64,000 nt of DNA from Basidiobolus meristosporus CBS 931.73 (Eukaryota; Fungi; Basidiobolomycota): positions 1-64,000 of the forward strand of contig MCFE01000253.1 in assembly GCA_002104905.1 (NCBI GenBank). The letters run 5' to 3'. The notes below the pieces were generated by a model, which was not told the origin of the DNA, searched no databases, and saw only the letters and a program-made list of their open reading frames with translations. Below, one piece after another: positions 13,001-25,233 of this stretch. Each line of letters starts with the position of its first letter. The stretch's first letter is position 1. A program made the position numbers and the translations under genes.

Positions 13001-14390
13001 TTGCCAAATTCAACTCTATAGGTACAGTTCTACCACTGGTAGCTGTATGCAATTTATAGCTACATTAAATGGACGTCAAAACATTCTTTCTAAATGAGGA
13101 TCTGCAAGAAACACTATATATGGAGGAACAAGAAGGTCTTACTAATCAAAGAGGAGCCCACCAGGTTAAATTGCAGCAGGTTATAATCCCCAATTGCTTC
13201 AGTGGACAAATTCATTCTTCAGATACTGCCAAAGCAGCATGCAAATCCTTTGAGAACATCTTTAGAGCAAAGTCAGTATCAAGTAAGCTTTATTCAAAAC
13301 AAAAGTTCTTCAACACAAGGAAGAAGCCGGTTGATGACATGCTACAACTCCTTACCATAATGGAAACACTTGCAGAAGAACTTTAGAGTATCAATGCTGA
13401 TGTAGATGATAAAGAACAGATACTCTATCTACTTTGCAGCCTACCAAACAAGTATGAGCCACTCATACTTTCTTTTGAAAGCAAAGAAGGCAATTTGACT
13501 TCAGATAATGTCAAAGGAAGACTTCTCTGTCAAGGACTCAGATATAATGATCAAGCAGAGAAAACAGAAGACAATGCTTTATTCAGCTAATAAAGGCACA
13601 CAGAAAAGAAGGGAAAGCAACAAGACCAAAGAAAACCTGGTTGCTGTAATTACTGTAAGAATCCAGAACACTGGGCAAGAAAATGCAAGAAACAAGCAGA
13701 CAAATGACAGAAACTGGAGCATGCAAACCATGTGACTACTACTGAACAGCTATATGTAACTCTATAAGAGAGTGCAGATAGCCAAAGTCATGAATGGTAT
13801 ATTTACTCTAGAGCATCACTGCATTTTTGTGGTATGAAGGAGTAGTTCAGCAACTCAAAGACTATTCCCATACAGAAGTTTTATCTGGGAGACAACTCTG
13901 CACTGGAAGCTACCAACTATGGGTCTATACAACTAAATATGTGTGATTTCTCAGGGGCAACAACAGCAAACTGACTGACATACCCTATGCTCTTAAAATA
14001 GCTAAGAACCTGCACTCAGTCAGTAAAGCAACTGCTCAGGGACTGAAATTTGTTTATACTAAGCTGAACTGCTCAATATTGAGTGAAAATGGCCAAAATT
14101 TATCTTTGGAAATCACTGATCACAATATATATGTCTATAAAGCAAGATCATTGTACCTGGGTATGCCAGCATTGCTGAAACTGATGAAACTAACTGGGAG
14201 ATGTGATACAGGAGACTAGGATACCTCAGGGAGCAGAAAATGAACCTGTTGATGAGTTCCACCTACTTCACTGAAAAATGGAGTAGCAGAATGTGCCAGA
14301 ACTATATTAGTAGCAATGGGAAGATCTATGCTACAGGATAAGGCAATGGACTGCTAGTTATGGGCTGAATCTGTTGCTAACACAGTGTAG
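10020..14390 (+). mobile_element. Degenerate Copia family B element (5' LTR ~10020-10387, gag, protease, integrase, RT start) followed by an internal duplicate of gag-to-integrase (13170-14390)
   Basis: WYIDT/WYIYSRAS protease remnants. Integrase remnant DNGGKY..TVPLTPQQNGVVEHANKT. RT remnant MDVKTFFLN. The same short ORF (MSKEDFSVKDSD..) occurs at 10968 and 13508. Confidence 0.85.
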
Positions 14391-15075
14391 GCAAAAATTT
14401 GATAGTTATAGTGATTCAGATTTGGGTACAACCAATATTCTCCACACACTCTGCAAGATGGAGTAGAGAATGGACACAGTAGCGGCAGAGATCTACGTGT
14501 TCAGCTTAATGTTTCTAATATAGCTGCTCAAATCCTGTCACAAACTCCTCACACAACACTTGTGAATACATCAAGTTGGGATTGGTGATCTGCTTCTGGA
14601 TAGATTTTCCTACAATGGCCACATATGAATCTCAATGCTGCTAATGTATGCATGGTAGGAATGGCTTCAGAACACCAGTTGAGTAAATACATCTCCAGCT
14701 CATCCAATCTTTGCATTTGTATTGTTGCATATGCATATGAATGTAAATTGGAGCCCATGAGATGTACTCAGGGCAGCAGATACTCTGTGATATCTCCTAA
14801 AAATTTGAACCTGTTGCAATGGTAGCATTTTTGGATGTGAATGCCATGTAACTGTTAACACATGCTGGAATCAGGACAGTCTTGGGATCATATGTTGCCA
14901 GCCGCATCACAGTTGTCCACTTGTGCAATGTACATGGTTAATTGCATCCTGGTAAGATTTTGACCAGAAGTAGAAGTGAATCCTCAAAGCCCCCATTGCT
15001 GATATTAGTGGTAACATGCCACTTCTATAGCCACAACAGTACATCCTTCACCAGTAGATGAATTACTAAGCTCAT

Positions 15076-15229
15076 TTGGCTGCATAAAGTATCTTTGGCA
15101 CTTGTTTCAATGGGTGTTGTCTTATTGCATATAGGGATCTGACTGGGCCCACTTGGCTGCATAAAGTATCCTTGGCACTTGTTTCAATGGGTGTTGTCTC
15201 ATTGCAAATAGGGATTTGACTGGGCTCAC
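15076..15229 (+). repeat. Tandem duplication, ~77-bp unit x2
   Basis: TTGGCTGCATAAAGTATC..GACTGGGC starts at 15076 and again at 15153. Confidence 0.85.
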
Positions 15230-15546
15230 ATGTGGTATTGTTGATAGCAGAGATTGGCACAAATTCATCAGTGAGCCTACTTTGGCAGAGCTATTGCTCT
15301 ATGTGCCACATTAAGAAGGCTGAGGTGAGCCTAAAGGCATCACAAACTCTCCTAACTCAGTTTGTGCAAGGTGATAAAGATGGCCAGGTGCCAATATAGA
15401 TGTATCAACTGGCTAGCAGGATAATGCTGGTACAGTAGTGACCAATGAAGGGTCAGATATGACTTGCATGGCAAAACACTGGCTGTGATCCCAGTAATAC
15501 TTCCTATGGTGCCTGTGTGCTTCATGGCTTAGAGGCTTGCTACAAT

Positions 15547-16280
15547 AGACTTGTTCCGTTGGATAGTGCCACATTGAGCCATGAGTGCCAAATGATGCCA
15601 TAGTGTGCCGGAGAGGTCAAGTGAGCCTATACTTGGCCACAGAGTGTGAAACATAGCTCTGCATCTTCATGTAAAGCAGCCCCTGTGTTTCACCCATAGC
15701 GCAGGAGAAAATCCATTTTTAGACCTTTTTTTGTGGATCAATATAGCTCATGATGTGTAATAGCACAGGAGAGCTGAAGATATGCATCTGGTACTCAATA
15801 CCCATGGCACTCTGAATCTATCTCCTGTAGCTTGTATCATGTCACAAAAATGAATGGCACTATCTTGGTCCACTGGTACTATCTGGCACTATAAGTGCTT
15901 TGTATAGATCTTACTTTAGGGCTAATATTTAAATATAGTGCCAGATAGTACCAGTGGATCAAGATAGTGCCATTCATTTTTGTGACATGATACAAGCTAC
16001 AAGAGCTAGATTCAGAGTGCCATGGGTATTGAGTCCCAGATGCATATCTTTAATCTGCTTGTGCTCTAACACATCCTGCACAACATTGATCCAAAAAAAA
16101 AGGTCAAAAAATGGATTTTCTCCAGCACAATGGGTGAAACACAGGGGCTGCTTTGCATGAAGATGTGGAGCTATGTTTCACACTCTGTGGCCAGGTAGAG
16201 GCTCATTTGGCCTCTCTGGCACACTATGGCATCATTTGGCACTCATGGCTCAATGTGGCACTATCCAACGGAACAAGTCT
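15547..16280. mobile_element. Foldback MITE copy 2 (734 bp), TSD AAT
   Basis: Intact termini, AAT at 15544-15546 and 16281-16283, long inverted arms. Confidence 0.92.
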
Positions 16281-16849
16281 AATAACCACATGGTCCTTTT
16301 TCTCTTTTCTTACAGCATTAAGTCAAAGTAGTTGTTTCCATGGGGCAAACAGTTTGACCTTCAACAACATAACAATATTATAACACTTTTTGGTCTATTC
16401 TCATGTGAACTCAAGACAGTCTTGTATTTGCATCATTACACCTGCATGAATGTAAGATTCAATGATGACCCACCATTGTAAGCAGTACAAATAAAGTTGA
16501 GGCACCACATACACATGTTTATGTAACACTATTTCCCCTTTGGTTTGACTCACTATATATATGCTACCAAAAAATAAAGCACAGATGACTGGTTCCCAAC
16601 CAAGTCTTACTGCTGATGGCCACAGAAGTATGGTTTGACAACAGCTTGCTTTTACATTCAATGCAACAAGCAGGGCTATATCTAAAAAAGGCTCTGTGGA
16701 CAGTGTGCCCATTGAAGGTAAAAATGTAGACTCCTCAGGCTCTCAGTCAGGTAGCCAATTGAGGACCTTAGTGGAGCCATAAGCTGACCATTATGCCTGG
16801 CAGATGAGAATGTAGTAAACTCAGTAACCTCAGTTGAAGATCAGCAACT

Positions 16850-18450
16850 GGCCATGATTACATCACCACCACCCATATTAGCAAGTATTTTGTCAGCTCA
16901 TACCAAAGCATTAATGAGGCAATTAGGTCCAGTGGCTGATAAGATAGATTTAATGGCCAAGAGACATCAAGAAATAGTACAGAAACAGAATGAGCAGATA
17001 ATATGTATAGAGCAATCAAGATCCCAGGTAGAGAAAGCAGTATCTTTGCTGTAAAGAAGGAACTCAGGTAGCTCAATGTCACAGCCAAGAATTGAGCCAT
17101 TTCCCAATGTAACTGCAGAGGAATACCATACAGTCTTTGAAGCACAATAACATTGCCCAAAGATAAAGCCCACAGAAAAACCTATCTGCGTGTGGGAGGG
17201 AGACAATGTGGTGCTTAAACCAAAGCCTAAAAATCAAAAGACACTTAAGATCCATGAAGCCATTGAGTGCAATAAGGAAGAGTGGGCTAATATAAAAGAG
17301 GCTGTCAGAAGTCTAGCATGCCATCACCTTAAGGCCAGCATACCATGGGATCATCACAAACTCAAGACCAAGCAGCATGCACTTGACTTGTTCCATGAGC
17401 ATTATCCTTGATTCAAATGGGCAAACAGATTTTGGGCCAGCATTGGTATGGTAAGAAAGTACCTAGAGATTAACAGAAACTATCAAAGGCAGAAGAATCA
17501 GGGTGCCATGGCTAAAAATCAGCAGTTTCATCAAGTTTTTGTTACAAGCAGGGCCAAAAGCTCCAGACAAGTGTCAAAGATATGTCAGGCAGCTGTAAGA
17601 GTGCCAATTAGGGACCAGCACACAGACACAGATACACCAGCAGAACATTTATCAAGGAAAAAGCATGGTGCCACTCAATAAGCACCCAGTTGAAGTAGCT
17701 GTGAAGGACCTGGCAGTGATAAAAACCAGCTGCTTTTACAGGAGCCTGTCACCACTATGGTTGAGAGCTCTAAACAAGTGAAAAAAAAGCACCATGTTGC
17801 CAGAAGAGTGCCAACAAGGGACAGGCAGGCCAAAACAAATGTGTCTGAGCAGAATTTATCCCGGATAAGACATAGTCCTTGCAAGAAGCACTCAGACAAA
17901 GTTGCATTAAAAGACCTGGCTGGATAAAGGAAAGGGTAAACAGAAAATGTCTACCCAAGCCTGAGACAAGGAGGCATGCAAAAAAAACTGAAGTTCTTGC
18001 TAATTAACAACGCAAGCCAGGATCAGATTGAATCCCATCATAGCCAAGAAATTACCAACAAGAAAACTGCTATTTTTACCAGAGTTGGAGGTGCAGCCAG
18101 CTGAGCTGCACTCCAGTAAGGTAGATGAGTTTGCTGAAAAAGGCAATTTTTCTACCACAGCCTCCACATCCTCCATTGTTGACAGAGTGGAGATCCCACT
18201 GATATACAAGGCCTCTATGTCAAGAGATCAAAAGACTATCACAATGCCTACAGTAAGTTTGGAACATTAGTTGGCACACCAAGAGGTTGCAGCACTTCTT
18301 CAAGAGCAGTGATCAGGCAAATGCCCAGCAATATTGCAAGGATTTATTGTAAAGACTGGCAGATGAAGTGCTAGCCCCTGCAGTGCCAGCTGAAGACCAG
18401 GACAAGTGGAAACCAGTGAATGAACAGTGGCATAAAGCCATTGGGTTCCT
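16850..18450 (+). pseudogene. Decayed orphan ORF, probably the second ORF of the CACTA-like element
   Basis: Broken ORFs with a coiled-coil-like stretch and WANIKEAVRSLACHHL..DLFHEHYP.FKWANRFWASIG. Homologous pieces recur at 39300-39820 near the second CACTA remnant. Confidence 0.45.
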
Positions 18451-18974
18451 GCCAAAGTTGTGGAACCAGAGAATTACAGCAGAAATATCTATGGAGTGGT
18501 GGATTCTATAGAGTTACCTATTGAGTGTGGGGTTGGGCTTAATGTTAGTGTAGGGTATAGGGACTAGTATAGGCCAATGCAACTAGTGATTGAGGTATAA
18601 CTGAGGTTTCAACCAAAATAAATCAATTTGTACGCATAAAAAGTAAGACAAACTGTTGAGTTAGGAAGTAAGGAGTCTTAAAAAGAGGCAATAGCCAATC
18701 AATACACACAGATGTAGGAGGCAATAGAGTGTCCAGGATCAGAAAGTGAGCAAATTGGTAGGGAACCAATCAAAAGCCACTTATATATTGTTGTGATGAA
18801 AAATCTTGACAAAGTTTTTTGTGAAATCTGGGGTGCAATTATTTTTCAACAACTTTGGGACAGTGTCCTGACAAGATCAGTACCTCTTAGTCTTTGGACT
18901 TTAACTTTGTGACGGCCTTTTGACAGGGTCATTACAATAATTTTCCATAGGGAAATTATCCATAGGCAAGATGA

Positions 18975-19170
18975 GTTATTAATCACTTTTGTTAGTGATT
19001 ATACAAGATACACGTGGTTCTACTTTGTTGAGAGAAAAGAAGAAACTCTGTCCAAGCTTACATAGCGTAAAGCTGTGGTGGACATAGAAACTGTTGAAAA
19101 AATCAAGAAAATATGCTTTCAAAAATGATGAAGAATGCACCTCTAAACTTGCCTAACAAGTGGTTTTGTC
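18975..19170 (+). mobile_element. Copia-A integrase fragment
   Basis: Reverse complement of ~44200-44390. Confidence 0.7.
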
Positions 19171-21058
19171 AATGGATGTGTTCCATTGTACTGTGCCAGG
19201 GCACATGGTGTGATCTGCAGTTGTTAAGAATGATTGGATGCAATATTGTGGCTACCAGTTGGCAGGATGGTGCTTGGACAATTTTGCACTGTGTGGGACA
19301 ATCTTCCACACTATGGCACAATCTGACAAAATGAGGCTGGCATGGATGATTGCACAAACTTATAATGTTTGTATCACATGCGTGATTGGACACCCCTATT
19401 ATGTTAGGTAAAATCTGGTATGTGGAGGTGTTTCTTTAATGTATATGGAGTTAAATGCATATTAAGCTATTAACTACATTGATATTTACCATTTGGTTAC
19501 CATCACTCCAATTGGACTGTATGTCAGTGGATGATTTGCTGCCAAATATTCAAGCTTGCCCATTAAGCAAGTAAGTCCCTGATACCAGTGAGTGGATAAG
19601 GTGTCAAATCTAGCATGTGACCAATTCTATGGGTGCATGACAGATAAAATAGCTGCACTGAAAGTTTTGTGATCACTGATTTTCAATGGCTCAATCATGA
19701 TCTCAAAAAAAAATGTGTTGTTTGGATCATGACAAATGATAGCAATTCAATGCAATTGCATCATCTTCTCCTAGGTTTTTTTTTGCACAGGGATCACTAC
19801 TGAAGCATTTGGTGGTGATTCACTTTGCGCACTCAAACTACTTCCTTGCTGACTATCACCTTGGCTAATTGAGTATTTGTAGTCAGTATTTTGCCTCCTA
19901 GCTGAGGAGTGCAGCACTACAGCTTGGCTGCACTGAGTTGCTCTGCATGATACCTAACCATAAGATGCTCAATTGTCCTCTGACTAATACTTTGAAGCTG
20001 TTGCCTAGAAAAGTCCTGCATATATTGCTCCTGAAAGCCACTTATCTCTACTGATATAGCATGTAGTACATTAGTCTTTTAAGGCAAAAACTCATTTGAA
20101 TATATTTGGTTCCCAAAATTGAGGCACAAACAGACACATCCAGCCTGTACTGTGCACACTGCATGTGAAATTGCTCTCACATAGCTTCCTTGTGAATCCC
20201 TTCACTCTCAGCTCATTCCTTATTTCATTACTTGTCTTGTTATATATATTGTAAATACATCTATTGCCATTGTGAAGTAGAGCTTATGTCACACCCTTCT
20301 ACTCAAGTTCTTCCATATCTTTTGACTCTCTGAGGTATGTAGTTCCACTAGCTTAGTGAGTAGTGCTCAAATACTTGTATGAAGGCTCATTATAGACACT
20401 TGGGCCATACTATATCATTTGATAAGAGCTAAAATGGATCCAACATTTGCAGATTTACTACTTGATTATAGACTTGTGAGTAAAGCATCAATAAAAGTAC
20501 TGAGTCATTGTTTGAGGATAATATTTGCAACATAATGATAGAATACATGGCAATTGATGATAATTTAATCATAATGCATGGAAAATCAGAAAAATAAAGC
20601 TGAACATGCTGAATCAAATCAACTCACCACAGCCAAATCACCTACCAATTTCAATATGACTTACTCATCTGAATGGTCCTTTCTCAATGTGTTATGATCT
20701 GCCGCTTGAATGTTTAAGTTAGATCAGCTTTTAGTCAAATCAATTAGTATATGTTTAGGTTATCAGTATATCAGTATTATCTATGAAATCAGTAGCATTA
20801 GTCAGCAAATGAATCAGCAGATCCTTATCAGACAGAAATAGATATATTAAGTAGAATCTTATTGGGTGATGATGATGCAATCAAATGAGTCATCAGCCAC
20901 CACCTACATTAGGAAATACAATTAGTCAGCAATTGATCTGGCAAAATATATATAAGGAGCTGCTGGAACCTCAATAAAAATCAGTTCAAGTTTTAGTGAA
21001 TACAATACTAGCTAAACTCCCTATTCCTCTACAACTCTTATACCAAGACTTGTAACAT

Positions 21059-21067
21059 TGGTAGCAG
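21059..21067 (+). promoter_or_regulatory. Primer-binding site TGGTAGCAG (3' end of tRNA-iMet)
   Basis: Lies 1 nt after the 5' LTR and is complementary to ..CUGCUACCA. Confidence 0.7.
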
Positions 21068-21115
21068 CAATAACCAGAAACCTCCCTCCTGAAAAAAGAA
21101 GAAACCACCCTCAAG

Positions 21116-22897
21116 ATGTTGGACAATCAAGAATGGAAGAATGCCATGCAGCAAATCCTGGCTCAACAGCAACAGTTACTCCAGATCCTCAGCCAACAGC
21201 AACAAGGAATGACTACCATGGCTCAGAGCCAGCAAAGCCCTGTCAAGAGCAACTTTAGTGTGAAGGTCAACCGGTACCATGGCAGAGTCAATGAAAACCT
21301 GGGAACTTGGCTCTTTCAGATTGAAGAAGCTTTTAAAGCTAAAGGAATTGCTCCAGAGAGCAAGTTGCATTATGCAGCTTCTTACCTGGCAGATGCAGCG
21401 TTACAGTGGTACCACAACAAAATCAGGTCAGCTACTATGATGGGATGCTCTACAATCTCTACCTGGGATGAGTTTGTGTTGGAAATTCAGGATGCTTTTG
21501 AACCTCCACACCAGCAGACACTACTAAGAAGGAAGTTAAAGACACTCAGACAGAAAGGAATGGTGCAAGAATACATCTATGAGTACAGATGTCTACTTGG
21601 ACAAATTGAAAGAATGGACCCCTTGGATCAAGTTGAATACTTTATTGATGGGTTGAAAGAAAGAACTTGCAAGGAAGTCAATTACCAAAGACCTCAGACT
21701 ATTGAAGAAGCCATCAAGATTGCCATTGACTATGACTCAGCTATGTTTGGAGTTGGGAAGCCTACAGTGACTAATCAGAAAGGCTATAATCATTATGAAA
21801 GAAGACAATCAGAAGTAGTACCAATGGAAATAGACGCTATGCAGAAGAATCCCTCCTCAGAAGAATGCAAGAAGAGAGGACTTTGCTTCAATTGCCACCA
21901 GCAGGGACATATTGCAAAGTACTGCCCTCAGAGAAGAAATGGACACCAGCCAACAAGAACCTTCAACCATATTGAGTCCCATGAACACAGTAATGTGGAA
22001 GATGAGCTTGAAGAAGACTTGGAACTCACCTTCCATATGACAGAAGAGTACTTGTCCCAAATGACTTCAAACTCAGGGAAGTTATTATACTTGAATGGAG
22101 TAATCAATGGAGTACCTGCCAAGATCATGATTGACTCAGGAGCATTGCATGAGTACATGTCAGAGCAATTTGCTTTGAAAGCTGGAATCAACTCAGAACC
22201 TACCAAATCAACTTCAGTTTCCACAGCTGATGGGAACTCCCACATAATCAACTGTATTACCCAGCCAGTAAGAATGAAGATCAATGACTATGAAGAAGAC
22301 CTACAGGCTTATATATTTGGGAACTGCAAGTTTGACCTTGTACTTGGGAAAACCTGGCTATTTTGTTGTAATCCATCAATCAACTGGAGAACCCATGCTA
22401 CTCAGATCCAAACAGACAACAAGACCTATGAGCTATTACCTGCCAGGCTGGATTTCAACTTGGTCAATTCCAGTGTGTGTGAGACAAGTGAACTTAGCAA
22501 GACCCAGTTCTGTAGAGCACTTAGAAAAGGTACCCAGATGTTCCTCATGACAGTATTACAGGAGGATTTCTCTACCCCAGCACCCCAGCAGGTCCAGACT
22601 CTCTTGAAGAAATATTCAGATGTGTTTCCAGATGAGCTTGTAAGCCTACCACCAGTCAGAGACGTGGATCATGCCATTGACACAGGAGATAGCCCTCCAG
22701 TGAGCAAGACACCTTACAGAATGAGTCCATTAGAATTGAAGGAAATGAAGAGACAAATTGATCAGCTATTGGAGCAAGGATACATCAGGCCCAGCAAGTC
22801 ACCCTGGGGAGCACCAGTGCTTTTTGTGAAAAAGAAGGATGGAACACTTAGGATGTGCATTGACTACAGAGCCCTGAACTCAGTTACCGTCAAGAAT
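21116..22897 (+). CDS. Ty3-A gag, protease and RT start (5' part of gag-pol)
   Basis: Retrotransposon gag, CCHC knuckle [20 protein letters not shown] protease, [27 protein letters not shown]. The frame is cut by the PHIS insertion after codon AAT. Confidence 0.92.
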
Positions 22898-23641
22898 AGA
22901 CTTGTTCCATCCTACCGTGCCAGGGTGCACGGCGCAATCCGCGGTCATGAAGAACAATCAGGCGCAATATTATAGCTACCAGAAGGCAAGATTGTTCTTG
23001 GACAATTTCGCACTATGCAGGACAATCTTGCACACTATGGCACAATCTGACACAATGAGGTTGGCATGGATGATCGCGCCAACTTGTAATGTTTGCATCA
23101 CGTGCGCAATTGGATACCACTATAATGGCAGGTAAAATCTGGTATTTGGATATGTTTCTTTAATGTAAATGGAAATAAATGTGTATCACACTATAAACTA
23201 CACTGATACTTACCATCTTGGTTACCCTCACTCCAATTGGACGGTATCTCAGTGGTTAATTGGTCCAAAAGTATCCTGAAGCTGGCAGCCCCCAATTGGC
23301 TCATTGACTACTGAAAAAGCTACCTGATTTGCCATCAAATATCCCATTTTGCCCATTGAGCAAGTATATCCCTGATCCTAGTGATTGGACAAGGTGTCAT
23401 AGCTAGCATGCAAGCAATCGTGTAGGTGCAAAACAGATCCAATAGCTGCACTGGTATTACAGATGACGTATATATATGCAGGGTGTTTATTTATAGGGGT
23501 TCTGTCTCAAATGTGAGACGACCTTGATATTACTTATATCAAAAATTTGATGATCACTGATTTGCAACAGCTCAATTTGGATCGCAAAAAAAAAAGGGTT
23601 GTTGGGATCATTACAAATGTAAGCAATTCAAAGCAGTTGCA

Positions 23642-24874
23642 TCATCTTCTCCTGGGTTTTTTTCTCACAGGGATTACTACTGAAGCATTTGGTAGTGACT
23701 CACTTTGCACACCTATACTACTTCCTGGCTGACTATCATCTTGGCTACTTGTGTATTTGTGGTCAGTATATTGCCTCCTAGTTGATGAGTGCAATGCTGC
23801 AGCTTGGCCGCGCTGAATTGCTCCGACTGAACTAACTGAACCGGCCTGTAGTGCCACGCGCTGACGTGTTCTTTTACTTGCTAAGGGCTCCGGTGGTTGA
23901 GGCACTTCATGTTGGTCATTATCAGTCAGTTCACCAGAAGTAACTTGCCAATGGTCAGGCAAAACGACACGCGCAGGCGCGCCTTGACGCGTTGAGATGG
24001 CCCTTGGCTGAGTTTTATGTGATGCTGCATGTTGACGCAACTTGGTCCGCTCCAATGGACTCGTGTCTAAATGAGCAGTTTGGCAAGTTCTTGTAGTTTT
24101 GCTCTGAAGCGCGCGCGTTGACTTGACATGGGGCGTTCTGGTAAAGGGTGTTGGCGTAGTCTGGACTGATGTGCGCCGGCACGCTGTGGTTGCAAGGGAT
24201 GGTAGGGAATCCAGCGAGGCGTGCTGGCGCGATCTGGACAATGTTGCTTGCAGTCTGTATTCTTCCTCCTGAAGCTCACCATCTGATTCCTCAAGGTACT
24301 CACTTACCCTCTGTCTGATACTTTGGAGCTGTTGCCTGGATGAGTCCTGTGTATATTGCTCTTGGAAGCCACTTAGCTCTACAAATATATCACGTAGTAC
24401 ATTAGTCACTTGAGGCAAAAACTCATTCAAAATCTCTTTGGTTCCCAAAGTTGAGGCACAAACGGACGTGTCCGGCCCGCACTGTGCAAATTGCGCGCGA
24501 AATCGTTCCCGTGCAGCTTCTTTGTCTAATCCCCTCACTCTCAGCTCATTCTTGATTTCAATACTTGTCTTGTTATATATCTTTTTACATACATTGGCTG
24601 GCATCTTGATGTAGAACTCATGCCACAGCTTTCTACTCAAATTCTTCCATCTTTGTCGACTCTCTGAGGTATCTAGTTCTGCTAGATTAATCAGTAGTGC
24701 CCAAATATCTGTATGAAGGCTCATCATAGACACTTGGGCCATACTAAAATCATTTGGCGAGAACTTGAATGGATCCAACATTGACTTTTCCGGTCCGGAC
24801 CACGCCTGTAAGCTGGGGGATGGGTTTTGTCTGGGTTGTACTAAAGTTGAGTTGAGGCTTGGTATGGGGACCAT
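23642..24874 (-). CDS. PHIS ORF2, putative Myb/SANT-like (MADF-type) DNA-binding accessory protein, 410 aa
   Basis: Open 410-codon frame. IW..(9)..SESRQRWKNLSRK resembles the Myb/SANT-like recognition helix expected in Harbinger ORF2. Followed by coiled-coil-like and low-complexity segments. Confidence 0.7.
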   Translation of the reverse strand: MVPIPSLNSTLVQPRQNPSPSLQAWSGPEKSMLDPFKFSPNDFSMAQVSMMSLHTDIWALLINLAELDTSESRQRWKNLSRKLWHEFYIKMPANVCKKIYNKTSIEIKNELRVRGLDKEAARERFRAQFAQCGPDTSVCASTLGTKEILNEFLPQVTNVLRDIFVELSGFQEQYTQDSSRQQLQSIRQRVSEYLEESDGELQEEEYRLQATLSRSRQHASLDSLPSLATTACRRTSVQTTPTPFTRTPHVKSTRALQSKTTRTCQTAHLDTSPLERTKLRQHAASHKTQPRAISTRQGAPARVVLPDHWQVTSGELTDNDQHEVPQPPEPLASKRTRQRVALQAGSVSSVGAIQRGQAAALHSSTRRQYTDHKYTSSQDDSQPGSSIGVQSESLPNASVVIPVRKKPRRR

Positions 24875-25233
24875 AGCAATGGATTTGGATACTTATACAG
24901 CAGTATATTGGCATCAACCTGGTCTTATATGAAATACATATGAAAACTAATGTGATTGTTGAATTTTCCATATATTATGCATGATGCATCTTGGATCGTG
25001 TTGATACGGATCAGATCACATCAATTGCAGATTTCCTATTTGATTATAGACCTATGTTTAAACCATCAATAAAAGTACCAAGGCATTGTTTGCGAATGAT
25101 TTTTGCAACATAATGATGGGATACAAGGCAATTGATGGAGATTTAACCATAATGTATTAAAAATCAGATAAATAACGTAGATCGCGCCAAATCAATTCAA
25201 ACCACCTTTATACAATCATCCATCAATTTTAAT

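Larger units (their letters stand above)
14390..16720 (-). mobile_element. Degenerate CACTA/EnSpm (CMC)-type transposase
   Basis: Manual minus-strand translation gives YKCKDWMSWRCIYSTGVLKPFLP..EEFVTGFEQLY..CVHSLLHLAECVENIG (HxxLH motif typical of EnSpm-like transposases). A Cys-rich N-terminal remnant lies near 16400-16560. Many stops. Confidence 0.7.

Noticed and set aside
14549-14758. KDZ-type transposase suggested by IPTMH.. in the listed ORF
   Set aside because: An alternative frame gives a much better EnSpm/CACTA match (VHSLLHLAECVENIG).
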